The notes beneath the pieces were generated by a model. That model did not search any database and was not told the DNA's origin. It saw only the letters and a program-made list of their open reading frames with translations. A program made the translations under genes and the position numbers. Positions 29,242-37,383 of a DNA stretch of 49,389 nucleotides are shown here, piece by piece (within the stretch, counting starts at the first letter, position 1; the number at the start of each line of letters is the position of its first letter). The stretch is from Minisyncoccota bacterium (lineage in GTDB: Bacteria; Patescibacteriota; Minisyncoccia; UBA6257), in the NCBI GenBank assembly GCA_028695015.1, contig JAQVJR010000002.1, forward strand, positions 66,706 to 116,094. The letters are read 5' to 3'.

Positions 29242-30693
29242 CTAAAAATCTATGGAGATATTCTTTTCTACAATCTTGACTCTTTTATGCATTTTCTCAA
29301 ATTCTTCAGGAAATTCAGTATGAATAGGAATAACCATTTCTGGTTCTATAGCATTAATAAATTCTGATAATTCTTTACCACCAATATGACCGGAGATATG
29401 AGCTCTTTCAAAAACTTTTTTAAAAGGATTTTCTTCATCTTTTTTTAATCCTTGCATTTTAAAATGTTCAATCCAATTAATAAATCTTTCTTCTGAAATT
29501 TCCATTTCTTCACTATGAGGTTCTGTGATCGCTCTGAGATAATAACTGTTTCTATCTGGCTTAATATCTATTAATTCTTGCACCTGATAGAAATTTAAAA
29601 CTAAAATATAACGACTTTTATTTTTCCTAATATCTTCAGCAGTACAAATCTTATGATTTTTTAATAAATCCTTTTCCCATTTTTTAAAAGTGATTTTCTT
29701 TTTAGCATAAAGAACAATATTCTGAAAATCTTTTTGCTTAATTCCCTTATTTTTTAATACCCCTTCTTGGTTTAAAACATTAAGATAATTAAAATAGTTA
29801 TAAGGCAAGGCAATCAAACGATTGGTTTTCTTAGCTATTTTTAATAAGGTTTTAAAACGAACAACATCGCCAATAGAATAATCTGCCACTACTAATTCTT
29901 TGGTTTGAAAAACATTTTGCAAAGCTTTTTTATATACTGCCTGCTCATTTAAAACTGATTGTTCTTTTACTCTAGTGCCTTCACAAAGAAAAATCTTAAT
30001 TTTAGATTTTTTAAGAAAAGAATAAATCTTTTCTTTTTCTTTTAATGTTAATTCAGATAAACGAAAATCCCCAGAATATAAGACATTGCCAATAGATGTT
30101 TTAATTAAAAACATATTAGATCCGGGCAAAGAATGGTCTATTTCAAGAGGAATAATTTCTAAATTTTTAATAAAAAAAGATTCTAAATTATTTACAACCT
30201 TAAACTTTCTTTTTCTTTTTTTTCTTTTTCTCGGATCTTCTACATCTCTTAAAGATATCTCTAAAATCTCATTTTCTAAATTCTTAGGTCGGGAAATGGA
30301 AAAAGCTTTTAAAACTGCCATTGTTTCTTTGGAGGCATAAACTGGAATTTGAGGATTTAGAAAAGACAAATACCCAGCATGATCTAAATGCCCATGTGAT
30401 AAAAGAGAACCATCAATAGCTGGTTTTTTAAAAAACTTTATCTCTTTTTCTCCTTGTTTTTGTAAGATATGAATTAAATCTTCACGATAAATCCCTTGTT
30501 TTTTAGGTAATAATCCCAAAGCTAGATAATCTTTTAACCCATGAACCACTCTGGGATTTAAAAATTCCTCAAAATATTTTGAAGCTTCATGATAACTTTT
30601 GCCAAAATCTAAAAAAATAGCGGTATTTTTATCTTCTAAAAGAATTTTATTACCGCCAATTTCCTCAATACCACCATAAAATGTTAATCTCAT
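29242..30693 (-). CDS. MBL-fold metallo-hydrolase, RNase J-like (beta-CASP)
   Basis: LTFYGGIEEIGGN, SHGHLDH (HxHxDH), DHS, YSGDFR, EGT, HISGH, PIHTE. Confidence 0.8.
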   Translation of the reverse strand: MRLTFYGGIEEIGGNKILLEDKNTAIFLDFGKSYHEASKYFEEFLNPRVVHGLKDYLALGLLPKKQGIYREDLIHILQKQGEKEIKFFKKPAIDGSLLSHGHLDHAGYLSFLNPQIPVYASKETMAVLKAFSISRPKNLENEILEISLRDVEDPRKRKKRKRKFKVVNNLESFFIKNLEIIPLEIDHSLPGSNMFLIKTSIGNVLYSGDFRLSELTLKEKEKIYSFLKKSKIKIFLCEGTRVKEQSVLNEQAVYKKALQNVFQTKELVVADYSIGDVVRFKTLLKIAKKTNRLIALPYNYFNYLNVLNQEGVLKNKGIKQKDFQNIVLYAKKKITFKKWEKDLLKNHKICTAEDIRKNKSRYILVLNFYQVQELIDIKPDRNSYYLRAITEPHSEEMEISEERFINWIEHFKMQGLKKDEENPFKKVFERAHISGHIGGKELSEFINAIEPEMVIPIHTEFPEEFEKMHKRVKIVEKNISIDF

Positions 30694-30709
30694 AAATTAA
30701 TCTTTAATT

Positions 30710-32233
30710 TCATAATGCAAGACTTAAATTAAAAGTAACTCCTTCGGTAGTCTCTACTAAACCAGAAAGAGGTAAAGAAATATCAGCAAACAAACCAGTT
30801 AATCCTAAAGAATCTTTAAAAGAAATAATTGATTCTTTAATTGAAGAATTGCCTTGAATAGTGATATTGTTAGCTGGTTCTGAACTGATAAACACCCTTT
30901 TTATATGCACTGAAGATTGATTGGCATTATCAAAAATTGCTTCTAGGACATTCTTCCAGTCTTTTTGATATTTTTCAATATTAGAGACCTGAGCTACTAA
31001 TTTATTAAATTCATTAGCCGCTTCTGTTAAATTAGCCTCTTTATCGACTGTCTTTTGTTCTAAAGGCTTGGCAATTGCTAATTGATATTGATTCTCAATA
31101 TCTAAAAAGAAAAAATTACTAATTAACCCTAAGGATAGCACCAAAGCAATTAGAACTGCAATTATTGCCTTGCTCCATAAAGAAACTAATCTTAAGAGTT
31201 GGTGTTGTTCGTAGCTTTGTTCAGTACCCACAGGAGCCAAACTAACAATTGTATCCTTATTTCGCGGAATAAGTCCTCTTAGAGCTGCACCTAGAACTCC
31301 AAACCAGTCACCACTTATTTGTTTGAGATGAGAAGGCAGCTTTGTCTCCCCAGGTACTAATTGATACTGAACTTGAATCCATCTTTTCAAAACATTGGCT
31401 AATTGATTATTAAAACTGAAAAATACAAATTTCTGAAGAACTTTCTTTCTTTTTAAAGAATAAAAATTCAACAAAACAGGTATTTCACAAGAAATATGTT
31501 TTTTTAATATGTCAAAGGTAATTTGTTTTGGAATGTCTTTGCCAAAAATCTCTTCCCAAGAATCAAAATCAAAATAAATTGTTTTTTCACCTTCAGCAAT
31601 CACAAACTCAATACCTTCAGGCCTTAAATCAATTATTAGGACCGGTTCTTCTTTTTCTATAAACTTATTGTTAAAACGAGCCAAAGAAACTGCCAATGGC
31701 TCTACAGCCACCACATTAAATCCAGATTCTTTTAAAATTTCCAAATATGGATCAATTTGTTTTTTAACTCCCAAAGCCACAAAAACCTCTTTTTCTCCAT
31801 TTCTATTTGCTACACCCCAATCTTCCCAATCAAAATAAGATTCTTCTAAAGAAAGAGGAGCCACCATTTGAGTATTAAAAACTATGGCTTCATTAAATCT
31901 TTCTTCTTCTAAATCTGGTAGATTAAAGATATGAATAAAGAAATTAGCAGAAGGCAAAGTTAAAATAGTCCAAATTGTTTTTTCTTTTGGCCAAAGTTTC
32001 TTATACAGAGAATTAAAAAAAGACTTTAAATATTCTGGCTTTTTTAAAATCCCTTCTTCTATTATCCCCTTAGGTAAAGCATATTTTCCCCACCTAGCAA
32101 TTCTTTCAATTTTTTTATCAAAACAAAAAACTCTTACCACTCTATCTTCAATGCTAATAGCATTAACTGTAAATTCAGGAACTAATAATTTATGCCAATC
32201 TTTTGAAGAAAACTTATGTTTCATATTTTTCAT
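30710..32233 (-). CDS. Type IV pilus assembly PilM-PilN-like fusion protein (probable true start 32224)
   Basis: N-terminal actin-like PilM region (LPKGIIEEG, VAVEPLAVSLAR, IIDL), one TM near aa 355-380, coiled coil, PilN-like C-terminus (ITIQG, LFADISL). Confidence 0.7.
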   Translation of the reverse strand: MKNMKHKFSSKDWHKLLVPEFTVNAISIEDRVVRVFCFDKKIERIARWGKYALPKGIIEEGILKKPEYLKSFFNSLYKKLWPKEKTIWTILTLPSANFFIHIFNLPDLEEERFNEAIVFNTQMVAPLSLEESYFDWEDWGVANRNGEKEVFVALGVKKQIDPYLEILKESGFNVVAVEPLAVSLARFNNKFIEKEEPVLIIDLRPEGIEFVIAEGEKTIYFDFDSWEEIFGKDIPKQITFDILKKHISCEIPVLLNFYSLKRKKVLQKFVFFSFNNQLANVLKRWIQVQYQLVPGETKLPSHLKQISGDWFGVLGAALRGLIPRNKDTIVSLAPVGTEQSYEQHQLLRLVSLWSKAIIAVLIALVLSLGLISNFFFLDIENQYQLAIAKPLEQKTVDKEANLTEAANEFNKLVAQVSNIEKYQKDWKNVLEAIFDNANQSSVHIKRVFISSEPANNITIQGNSSIKESIISFKDSLGLTGLFADISLPLSGLVETTEGVTFNLSLAL

Positions 32234-32240
32234 TATATCA
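32232..32240 (-). promoter_or_regulatory. Extended -10 (TGATATAAT) 7 nt upstream of ATG 32224
   Basis: The -10 overlaps the first ATG (32233); the second ATG follows after 7 nt (GAAAAAT). Confidence 0.55.
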
Positions 32241-32270
32241 TTTTGGTTTTTCTAAAACAAATGAGAATTT

Positions 32271-32929
32271 CTAATCCCTAGCTCTTAAAAGAATCTTATT
32301 GCCATCAGATGATGTATTAAAGTAATTATGGGAAGATTGTGTTAAAAAATTTTCATTTAATATATTTTTTCTCAGTTTATACGTATTACAATGTTTTATT
32401 ATGCCCAAACAAAAATTAACACTGGAAAGAAATTGTCTCATTTCTTCTTTACCAAGCCTAAATTGTCTTTTGATTATAAAAGAGTCCCAAGAATGAATCA
32501 CCTGATAAAATTTTTCTTGATTCGGTTTCTGATATAAACATAATAAAGCTTTATTGCCATACCAAGAAAACTTACGCCCTTAGAATAATACTGGAGATAG
32601 ATTTTGTTCGGATGAAGCTCTAAAAAGAGATCGTTTTGTAAATATTGCCTAAAAACTAATTTGATGTCTTTAAAATATTTCTTGCCTTGATGCATACCAT
32701 CCACATAGCGACCATAATGCTTAATTCCAAGACAGTTTTTAACAAATATGCCAAAATCATTTAAATAAACATTGCCAAATAATCATTAAGTAAGGTTTCT
32801 TATTAAGAAGCTTTTGTTATTTTCAGCAAAAAACAAACTTTTGTTTTTAAACAATCCTTCCTAAGTCTTTCGTGTGCCAAAATAAACCCGAAACAGGTCA
32901 TAAAGAAATTATTTATCAAAAGGTTTCAT
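32271..32929 (-). pseudogene. DGR-type reverse transcriptase pseudogene (large internal deletion, stops, frameshift)
   Basis: One frame from ATG 32929 reads MKPFDK*FLYDLFRVYFGTRKT*EGLFKNKSLFFAENNKSFLIRNLT**LFGNVYLNDFGIFVKNCLGIKHYGRYVDGMHQ...LELHPNKIYLQ...GVSFLG. This is a decayed LPIGNLTSQLFGNVYL / RYVDD / LHP.K / FLG series. The C-terminus (FLSSVNFCLGIIKHCNTYKLRK) is in ORF 32271-32501. Confidence 0.88.
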
Positions 32930-32936
32930 AAAAAAG

Positions 32937-33112
32937 TTAGTCCTTAAGACAGTGAACTAAGTTGCCGTTCGCATGATTATTGGTATTTATGTTAACATTA
33001 CTGCTATTGAAATTCGAGTCCTGAGTATTTGTAGTAATAACAGCAACGCTCCAATAGTTTTTATGCTCCCAATATTGTTAAGCGATCTATTGCTGTAATG
33101 CTAGTTGCCGCC
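32937..33112 (-). repeat. DGR template repeat (TR), decayed
   Basis: Non-coding 176-nt copy of the last 177 nt of gene 33656-34888. It is collinear except for one 1-nt gap and rich in AAY codons (…AAC TAT TGG AGC…AAT TTC AAT AGC AGT AAT GTT AAC ATA AAT ACC AAT AAT CAT GCG AAC GGC AAC TTA GTT CAC TGT CTT AAG GAC TAA). Confidence 0.88.
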
Positions 33113-33274
33113 TCTAGAAATTTTAAATAACCGCTTAGTTTCTCTTGCTCTCTCAAGATAGATAACAAAAAATCATTTTCACGAAAATATCTTATAAAAT
33201 TTATAAGAATATCATTACATTGACATAAAAATACACTTAACTAGAAATTTTCTCGGTTGATTCTAGTTTTAATG

Positions 33275-33615
33275 TTATTTTTGCGACCTTTGCCAAGCTG
33301 ATAACTACTTAAAAGCTTTTTCTATTTGTTTATTTGCACCAATAAACCTACGCAATCCTACTTATTTAAATTTAAAATCCCTAGCCAATATAAAAAACAT
33401 AGTTGCTTCTATTTTTTCCCGAACCTCTCCTAGGTGTGGTTTTTTATTAAATTGCTGTTAACTCAATTAGTGCAAGTTATCATTTTAATTATTTCTTTTA
33501 TCACGCTCTTTCCTAAAATATGTTTGTATTCACAATTAAATTCTTTTATCGGAATATTTTAAGAACCAAATTATAGCTTATTCTGTATATCGGAAAGTGT
33601 AAATAAGTAATTATA
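33275..33615 (-). pseudogene. avd: DGR accessory variability determinant (Avd, four-helix-bundle) pseudogene
   Basis: Frames pieced together give HFPIYRISYNLVLKIFR..KEFNCEYKHILGKSVIKEIIKMITCTN*VNSN..KPHLGEVREKIEATMFFILARDFK..LRRFIGANKQIEKAFK*LSAWQRSQK*. Length (about 113 codons), position and the LSAWQ end fit Avd. The start coordinate is approximate. Confidence 0.75.
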
Positions 33616-33655
33616 GAATTTTAATAAACAACTAAACCCAATCAAATTTTTTTTG

Positions 33656-33832
33656 TTAGTTCTTGATGCAGCGAACCGATTGGCCGTACGCACGACCAAA
33701 AGCATTCATACTAGCACTACTACTGTCGAAGCCCAAGTGCTCAGCACTAGTACCGCTAATAGTAGAGCTCCGATAACGTCCGCGGCTCCCAGCAGCGCTA
33801 ACCCCTCCCGTGCTGTAATCCCGGTAGCCGCC
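33656..33832 (-). repeat. DGR variable repeat (VR) at the 3' end of the target gene
   Basis: Aligns codon for codon with TR 32937-33112; about 55% GC (98/177, manual count) in an AT-rich window. Confidence 0.85.
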
Positions 33833-34888
33833 CATTGTCAATTTAAGAGGACTTGCATATGCTCCATTGTTATTTTTACTTACCCAAGAATTTAATTCAG
33901 TTTGCCATTCTACTGCAGTTGGAATACGCCATCCTGGGGGACAAGGGTTATTTATTCCATCAACCCCTTGCCAGAGATTATTATTTTGAGGGTTTCTCCA
34001 GTCGTTGGGGCTAGAACTATGCAGAATGAAATTACTATGCCCAGGAGTATCAGAGCTTGAACGAGTAGAAGTTGTCCCACTAGTTCTTGATTGATGTCCA
34101 TCATCTAATCTTCCCCATTGAAATAAATCTCCATAGGCATTTGTATCAGTAGATGAAATAGCTACTCTAGAAGCTCCTAAGTTTCTATCCATCCAGCATT
34201 TGCCTTGACTTTCTACTGTGCCATAGGTTACAGAAGATCCTTTGTATGTGAAAGTAACTGCGCTTTCGCCACACAAAAATGCCCCAACATTTACTGTTAC
34301 CGAGTCACTTGTTTCTCCTCCTGATCCAGCACAAGTAATTGTATAGGTTTTTGCACTAATTAAGTAATCTGTTAATTCACTACCAGAAATATCTTTTGTA
34401 CCTGACCAATTGCCAGATGCTTCACAAGAAGTAGCGTTTTCAGAAACCCAAGACAATGTAGCTACTGAGTTATACGGAACAGAAATTGGGCCATTTGAAT
34501 CATTGGCTTTAATGCTTACAGTAGGAATAAAAATTTCAATTATCAAATTCCATATTTGCCCATTGCATATTTCTAATTTTTTTTCCTGTCCACTCGAAAC
34601 ATAACGAATAGCACCTTCTGTGTCATTGCCACAAGTTGTTTCACTACCTATCTTTATAGCTCCAGCCACTTCTAATTTTGTTTTTGGAGAAGTAATGCCA
34701 ATACCCACATTTCCGTCATTATAATAAATATCTGAACCAGAAGTAATCCATTGACTAAAACTAGGTACAATATTTCCACTCGGTGGATCTTGTGTTGGAT
34801 ATGTCCAGGAAATAACATAATTTCCTGTTAAAAATATTACTAAACTCCAAGCTAAGATTGTTGAATAGATAAGATATTTTGTTTTCAT
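33656..34888 (-). CDS. Surface protein: TM/signal, GNVGIG repeat unit, Ig-like domain and FISUMP (Fib_succ_major, C-type-lectin-fold) domain; DGR target
   Basis: IYYNDGNVGIGITSPKTKLEVAG; TLSW.S.NATSC.ASG.WSG; CWMDRNLGA, YGDLFQWGR, CPPGWRIPT..EW, SVRCIKN. Confidence 0.85.
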   Translation of the reverse strand: MKTKYLIYSTILAWSLVIFLTGNYVISWTYPTQDPPSGNIVPSFSQWITSGSDIYYNDGNVGIGITSPKTKLEVAGAIKIGSETTCGNDTEGAIRYVSSGQEKKLEICNGQIWNLIIEIFIPTVSIKANDSNGPISVPYNSVATLSWVSENATSCEASGNWSGTKDISGSELTDYLISAKTYTITCAGSGGETSDSVTVNVGAFLCGESAVTFTYKGSSVTYGTVESQGKCWMDRNLGASRVAISSTDTNAYGDLFQWGRLDDGHQSRTSGTTSTRSSSDTPGHSNFILHSSSPNDWRNPQNNNLWQGVDGINNPCPPGWRIPTAVEWQTELNSWVSKNNNGAYASPLKLTMGGYRDYSTGGVSAAGSRGRYRSSTISGTSAEHLGFDSSSASMNAFGRAYGQSVRCIKN

Positions 34889-35025
34889 GATTTTAAGTAT
34901 TGATAAATTTTTTAAATTTCAAGCTGTGATTTTAAAAATCTATTAACTATATACTTTTTTATTCTCCTGCTATAAGTAATTTATTTTCTTAAATCAAATG
35001 TATCTCTTGTGACATGCCACAGAGA

Positions 35026-35390
35026 TCACTTCTTAATTCTACTGATAGTACCCACAACTTTACCATCATATCTTAATTTTGAAATCTAAATTATATTGTC
35101 TCTATTTATTTCTATTTTATCTATAGGGTCAAATATTGTATCTTGGAGTTTGTATAAATTATAATCACACCTAGCTCACTTGTGCTTCCTTACAAAAGCC
35201 AAACCACAGGCAAAATAAATTTTGGAAAACGAAATATAGTTTCAAAATACATATCGCCTGTTTTAAAATACACTACGTAATAAGAATTTTTGATAACTTT
35301 TATTTTATCTGTATATGAAAAATAAATTAAAATTATTAATAAAATTATAGCAATTGTTAAGACTATTTTAAAAGGTTTATCTTTGTTCAT
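35026..35390 (-). pseudogene. Disrupted small membrane-anchored protein
   Basis: The ORF (YYVVYFKTGDMYF) stops at 35190, but homologous-looking sequence continues after a frameshift (…DPIDKIEINRDNII*ISKL…) with a TGG-to-TAG-like stop. Confidence 0.55.
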
Positions 35391-35610
35391 GGTATTATAT
35401 AAATTATCTAAACTTTAATATTTGATTCCAGTATAGCATAAATTAAATTGCCAACATAAATACATCATGTAATTTAAATTGAGAATAATTAATTAAGCAT
35501 TTTATATATGGAAAAAGAATATTGATACTTATTTAATTCTATTTAAAAATCAAATTCAAAACTTCTCAACATTCATTATTATCTATTATTTCTTTATATT
35601 TTACATGCCA

Positions 35611-37371
35611 TTATTCATCTAGTATACAACGAATTGCCATTCCGTGTCCATTTGTATCATTAGTTTTTATTATAGCGCTGGTAGAATCAAATGCTAGCAT
35701 TTGCGCAAATCCTCCTGCCAGTGTTGTTGTCCAGTATCGCCCAACTATACCTTCACCTTCAAATATTGCACCATCTTTGCGATGACGATAATATGTTACG
35801 GGTAATTTTAATGAACTTCCAAAGGCGCCAACTGAATTCTTTGTTCCCCATGAATCTAATTCATTATCCCATTCATTTGATGTTGGCACTCGCCACCCTT
35901 CAGGACAAGGATTATTAATACCATTTACTCCTTGCCAGAGGTTGGGATTTTGAGGACTTCGCCAATCATAGGGAGACGCAGCTGGGGTTATAAAATTACT
36001 ATGACCTGGATTATCAGAACTAGAAAGTATTGCTGTCATTCCGCTTGTCCTTATTTGATGACCATCAGCTCCTCTTCCCCACTGAAAAAGATCCCCATAA
36101 GCAGAAACATCATTAGATGAGCCAGCTATTCTTGAAGCTCCTAAATTTCTATCCATCCAGCACTTATTTTTACTCAAAACCGTACCATAGATTTCAGAAG
36201 ATCCTCTGTATGTGAAAGTAATGCTATTCCCACAAGCCCAAGGAGGTAAAGTAGTTGTCGTAGTAATAGTGGTAGTGGTAGTGGCAATAGTGGTAGTGGT
36301 TGTTGTAGTGACAGGAACAAAAACTAAAGAAGATGAGCCTAAACTAAACACAAAAGTATATAAACGTGAAATATTTAATTCTGGTTTTGAAGAATTATAT
36401 TCAAGATTTAATTCTATTTTAATAGCTGAAGTCGACATTCTTAAATCCTGAACTTTATAATCTGAAACCGAACAAATGCTGTACCCAACACAACCATCTT
36501 TATTAGGTATTTCACAACCTGTTTTACAATTAAAACTAATCCACCCTATATACTCAGACCAAGCATAACCATCAAATTCCCCTGTTTCTGGATCTACAGC
36601 CACTCCATAATTCGTTGCATTGCAAATATTTCCTGAATTTGCACCACCTGTGACACAAGAAAAAGAAACCCAACCATAATTTTCAGACCACCCCCATCCT
36701 TTTAATTTTCCATCTTCATCTAATGAAACTTTATAATCCACACTTGCACAAGAATTAGTAGTTAGACAATTAAGAGCAATCCAGGACTTATCAGATAGAA
36801 TATATGCGGCTCCTTTTAATTCTCCTGTTTTTGTTGGCACTTGAACATTCCCACCAGGGTAAGTAAAATCTATCCAACCTACATTTCCTGACCAAGCGTA
36901 GTGATGAATATTTGAAACATTAGTTGTTTCTGGACCAGTAGGAGAAAACATTAAAGAAGCTACTTTCACTTTTGCTTTATTATTTAATCCTACCGAGCTT
37001 CCTTTTCCTTCTTGCAAAAAAATAGTTTCATCAATTAAACTAAATTCCGTAGGGGTTTTTTCCCCTTCATCCATTTCTAGTTTTAGAAAAGAACCACTAA
37101 TTGATTTAATCCTTTTTGCTGCTTGTATCTTCTGGCGCAAAACTTCTTCTAATATCATTGCTTGATTACTTAGCTCTTCTTCAACTCGCACTTTCTGATT
37201 CGAACGATTAACTGTATAGACAATACCAGTAATCAGTCCCGCACTGATAACCAAAATACCAGAATAAATAAGAAGTTCCATTAAGGTAAAACCCTTATTT
37301 CTATCAAGGTTTTTCTTTTTATAAATAAACATATTTAAATTATATAATTTTAAAACTTTAATAACTACCAA
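35611..37371 (-). CDS. Prepilin-type protein with WSxxxGWIxF repeats, Thr linker and C-terminal FISUMP/CLec domain (likely start about 37332)
   Basis: KG|FTLMELL class III signal (E5); YAWSGNVGWIDF, WGWSENYGWVSF and YAWSEYIGWISF repeats; poly-Thr; CWMDRNLGA...CPEGWRVPT...MAIRCI. Confidence 0.85.
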   Translation of the reverse strand: MVVIKVLKLYNLNMFIYKKKNLDRNKGFTLMELLIYSGILVISAGLITGIVYTVNRSNQKVRVEEELSNQAMILEEVLRQKIQAAKRIKSISGSFLKLEMDEGEKTPTEFSLIDETIFLQEGKGSSVGLNNKAKVKVASLMFSPTGPETTNVSNIHHYAWSGNVGWIDFTYPGGNVQVPTKTGELKGAAYILSDKSWIALNCLTTNSCASVDYKVSLDEDGKLKGWGWSENYGWVSFSCVTGGANSGNICNATNYGVAVDPETGEFDGYAWSEYIGWISFNCKTGCEIPNKDGCVGYSICSVSDYKVQDLRMSTSAIKIELNLEYNSSKPELNISRLYTFVFSLGSSSLVFVPVTTTTTTTIATTTTTITTTTTLPPWACGNSITFTYRGSSEIYGTVLSKNKCWMDRNLGASRIAGSSNDVSAYGDLFQWGRGADGHQIRTSGMTAILSSSDNPGHSNFITPAASPYDWRSPQNPNLWQGVNGINNPCPEGWRVPTSNEWDNELDSWGTKNSVGAFGSSLKLPVTYYRHRKDGAIFEGEGIVGRYWTTTLAGGFAQMLAFDSTSAIIKTNDTNGHGMAIRCILDE

Positions 37372-37383
37372 TATAGCTACAAA

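Larger units (their letters stand above)
32271..34888 (-). mobile_element. Decayed diversity-generating retroelement: target(VR)-avd-TR-RT
   Basis: All four DGR components are co-oriented and in canonical order. Confidence 0.88.

Noticed and set aside
32271-32929. Group II intron or retron origin for the RT fragments
   Set aside because: An adjacent Avd-like gene, an AAY-rich TR matching a neighbouring gene end and the LPIGNLTSQ-type motif fit a DGR; no intron domain V or msr/msd was seen.
33190-33208. Inverted repeat TCTTATAAA-A-TTTATAAGA between avd and TR
   Set aside because: AT-only palindromes of this size can arise by chance here; no supporting context.
32271-33615. Stop-codon reassignment (code 25, TGA=Gly) or readthrough as a rescue of RT and avd
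   Set aside because: Interruptions include TAA, TAG, frameshifts and a large deletion; intact genes end in TGA (e.g. at 13088) and read fine in code 11.
32937-33615. CpG-biased decay in TR/avd (CGG>TAG, CGT>CAT, CGC>CAC, TCG>TTA) hinting at a 5mC methylase
   Set aside because: Only a few events, confounded with adenine mutagenesis and general AT drift; several CG sites persist. Needs genome-wide CpG statistics.
33600-33655. Hairpin/IMH signal downstream of VR
   Set aside because: No convincing stem-loop; only CTAAC is shared by the TR and VR ends.
33653-33895. 80-aa plus-strand ORF exactly antisense to the VR
   Set aside because: Explained by the local GC rise, which removes stop codons; no start context or motif.
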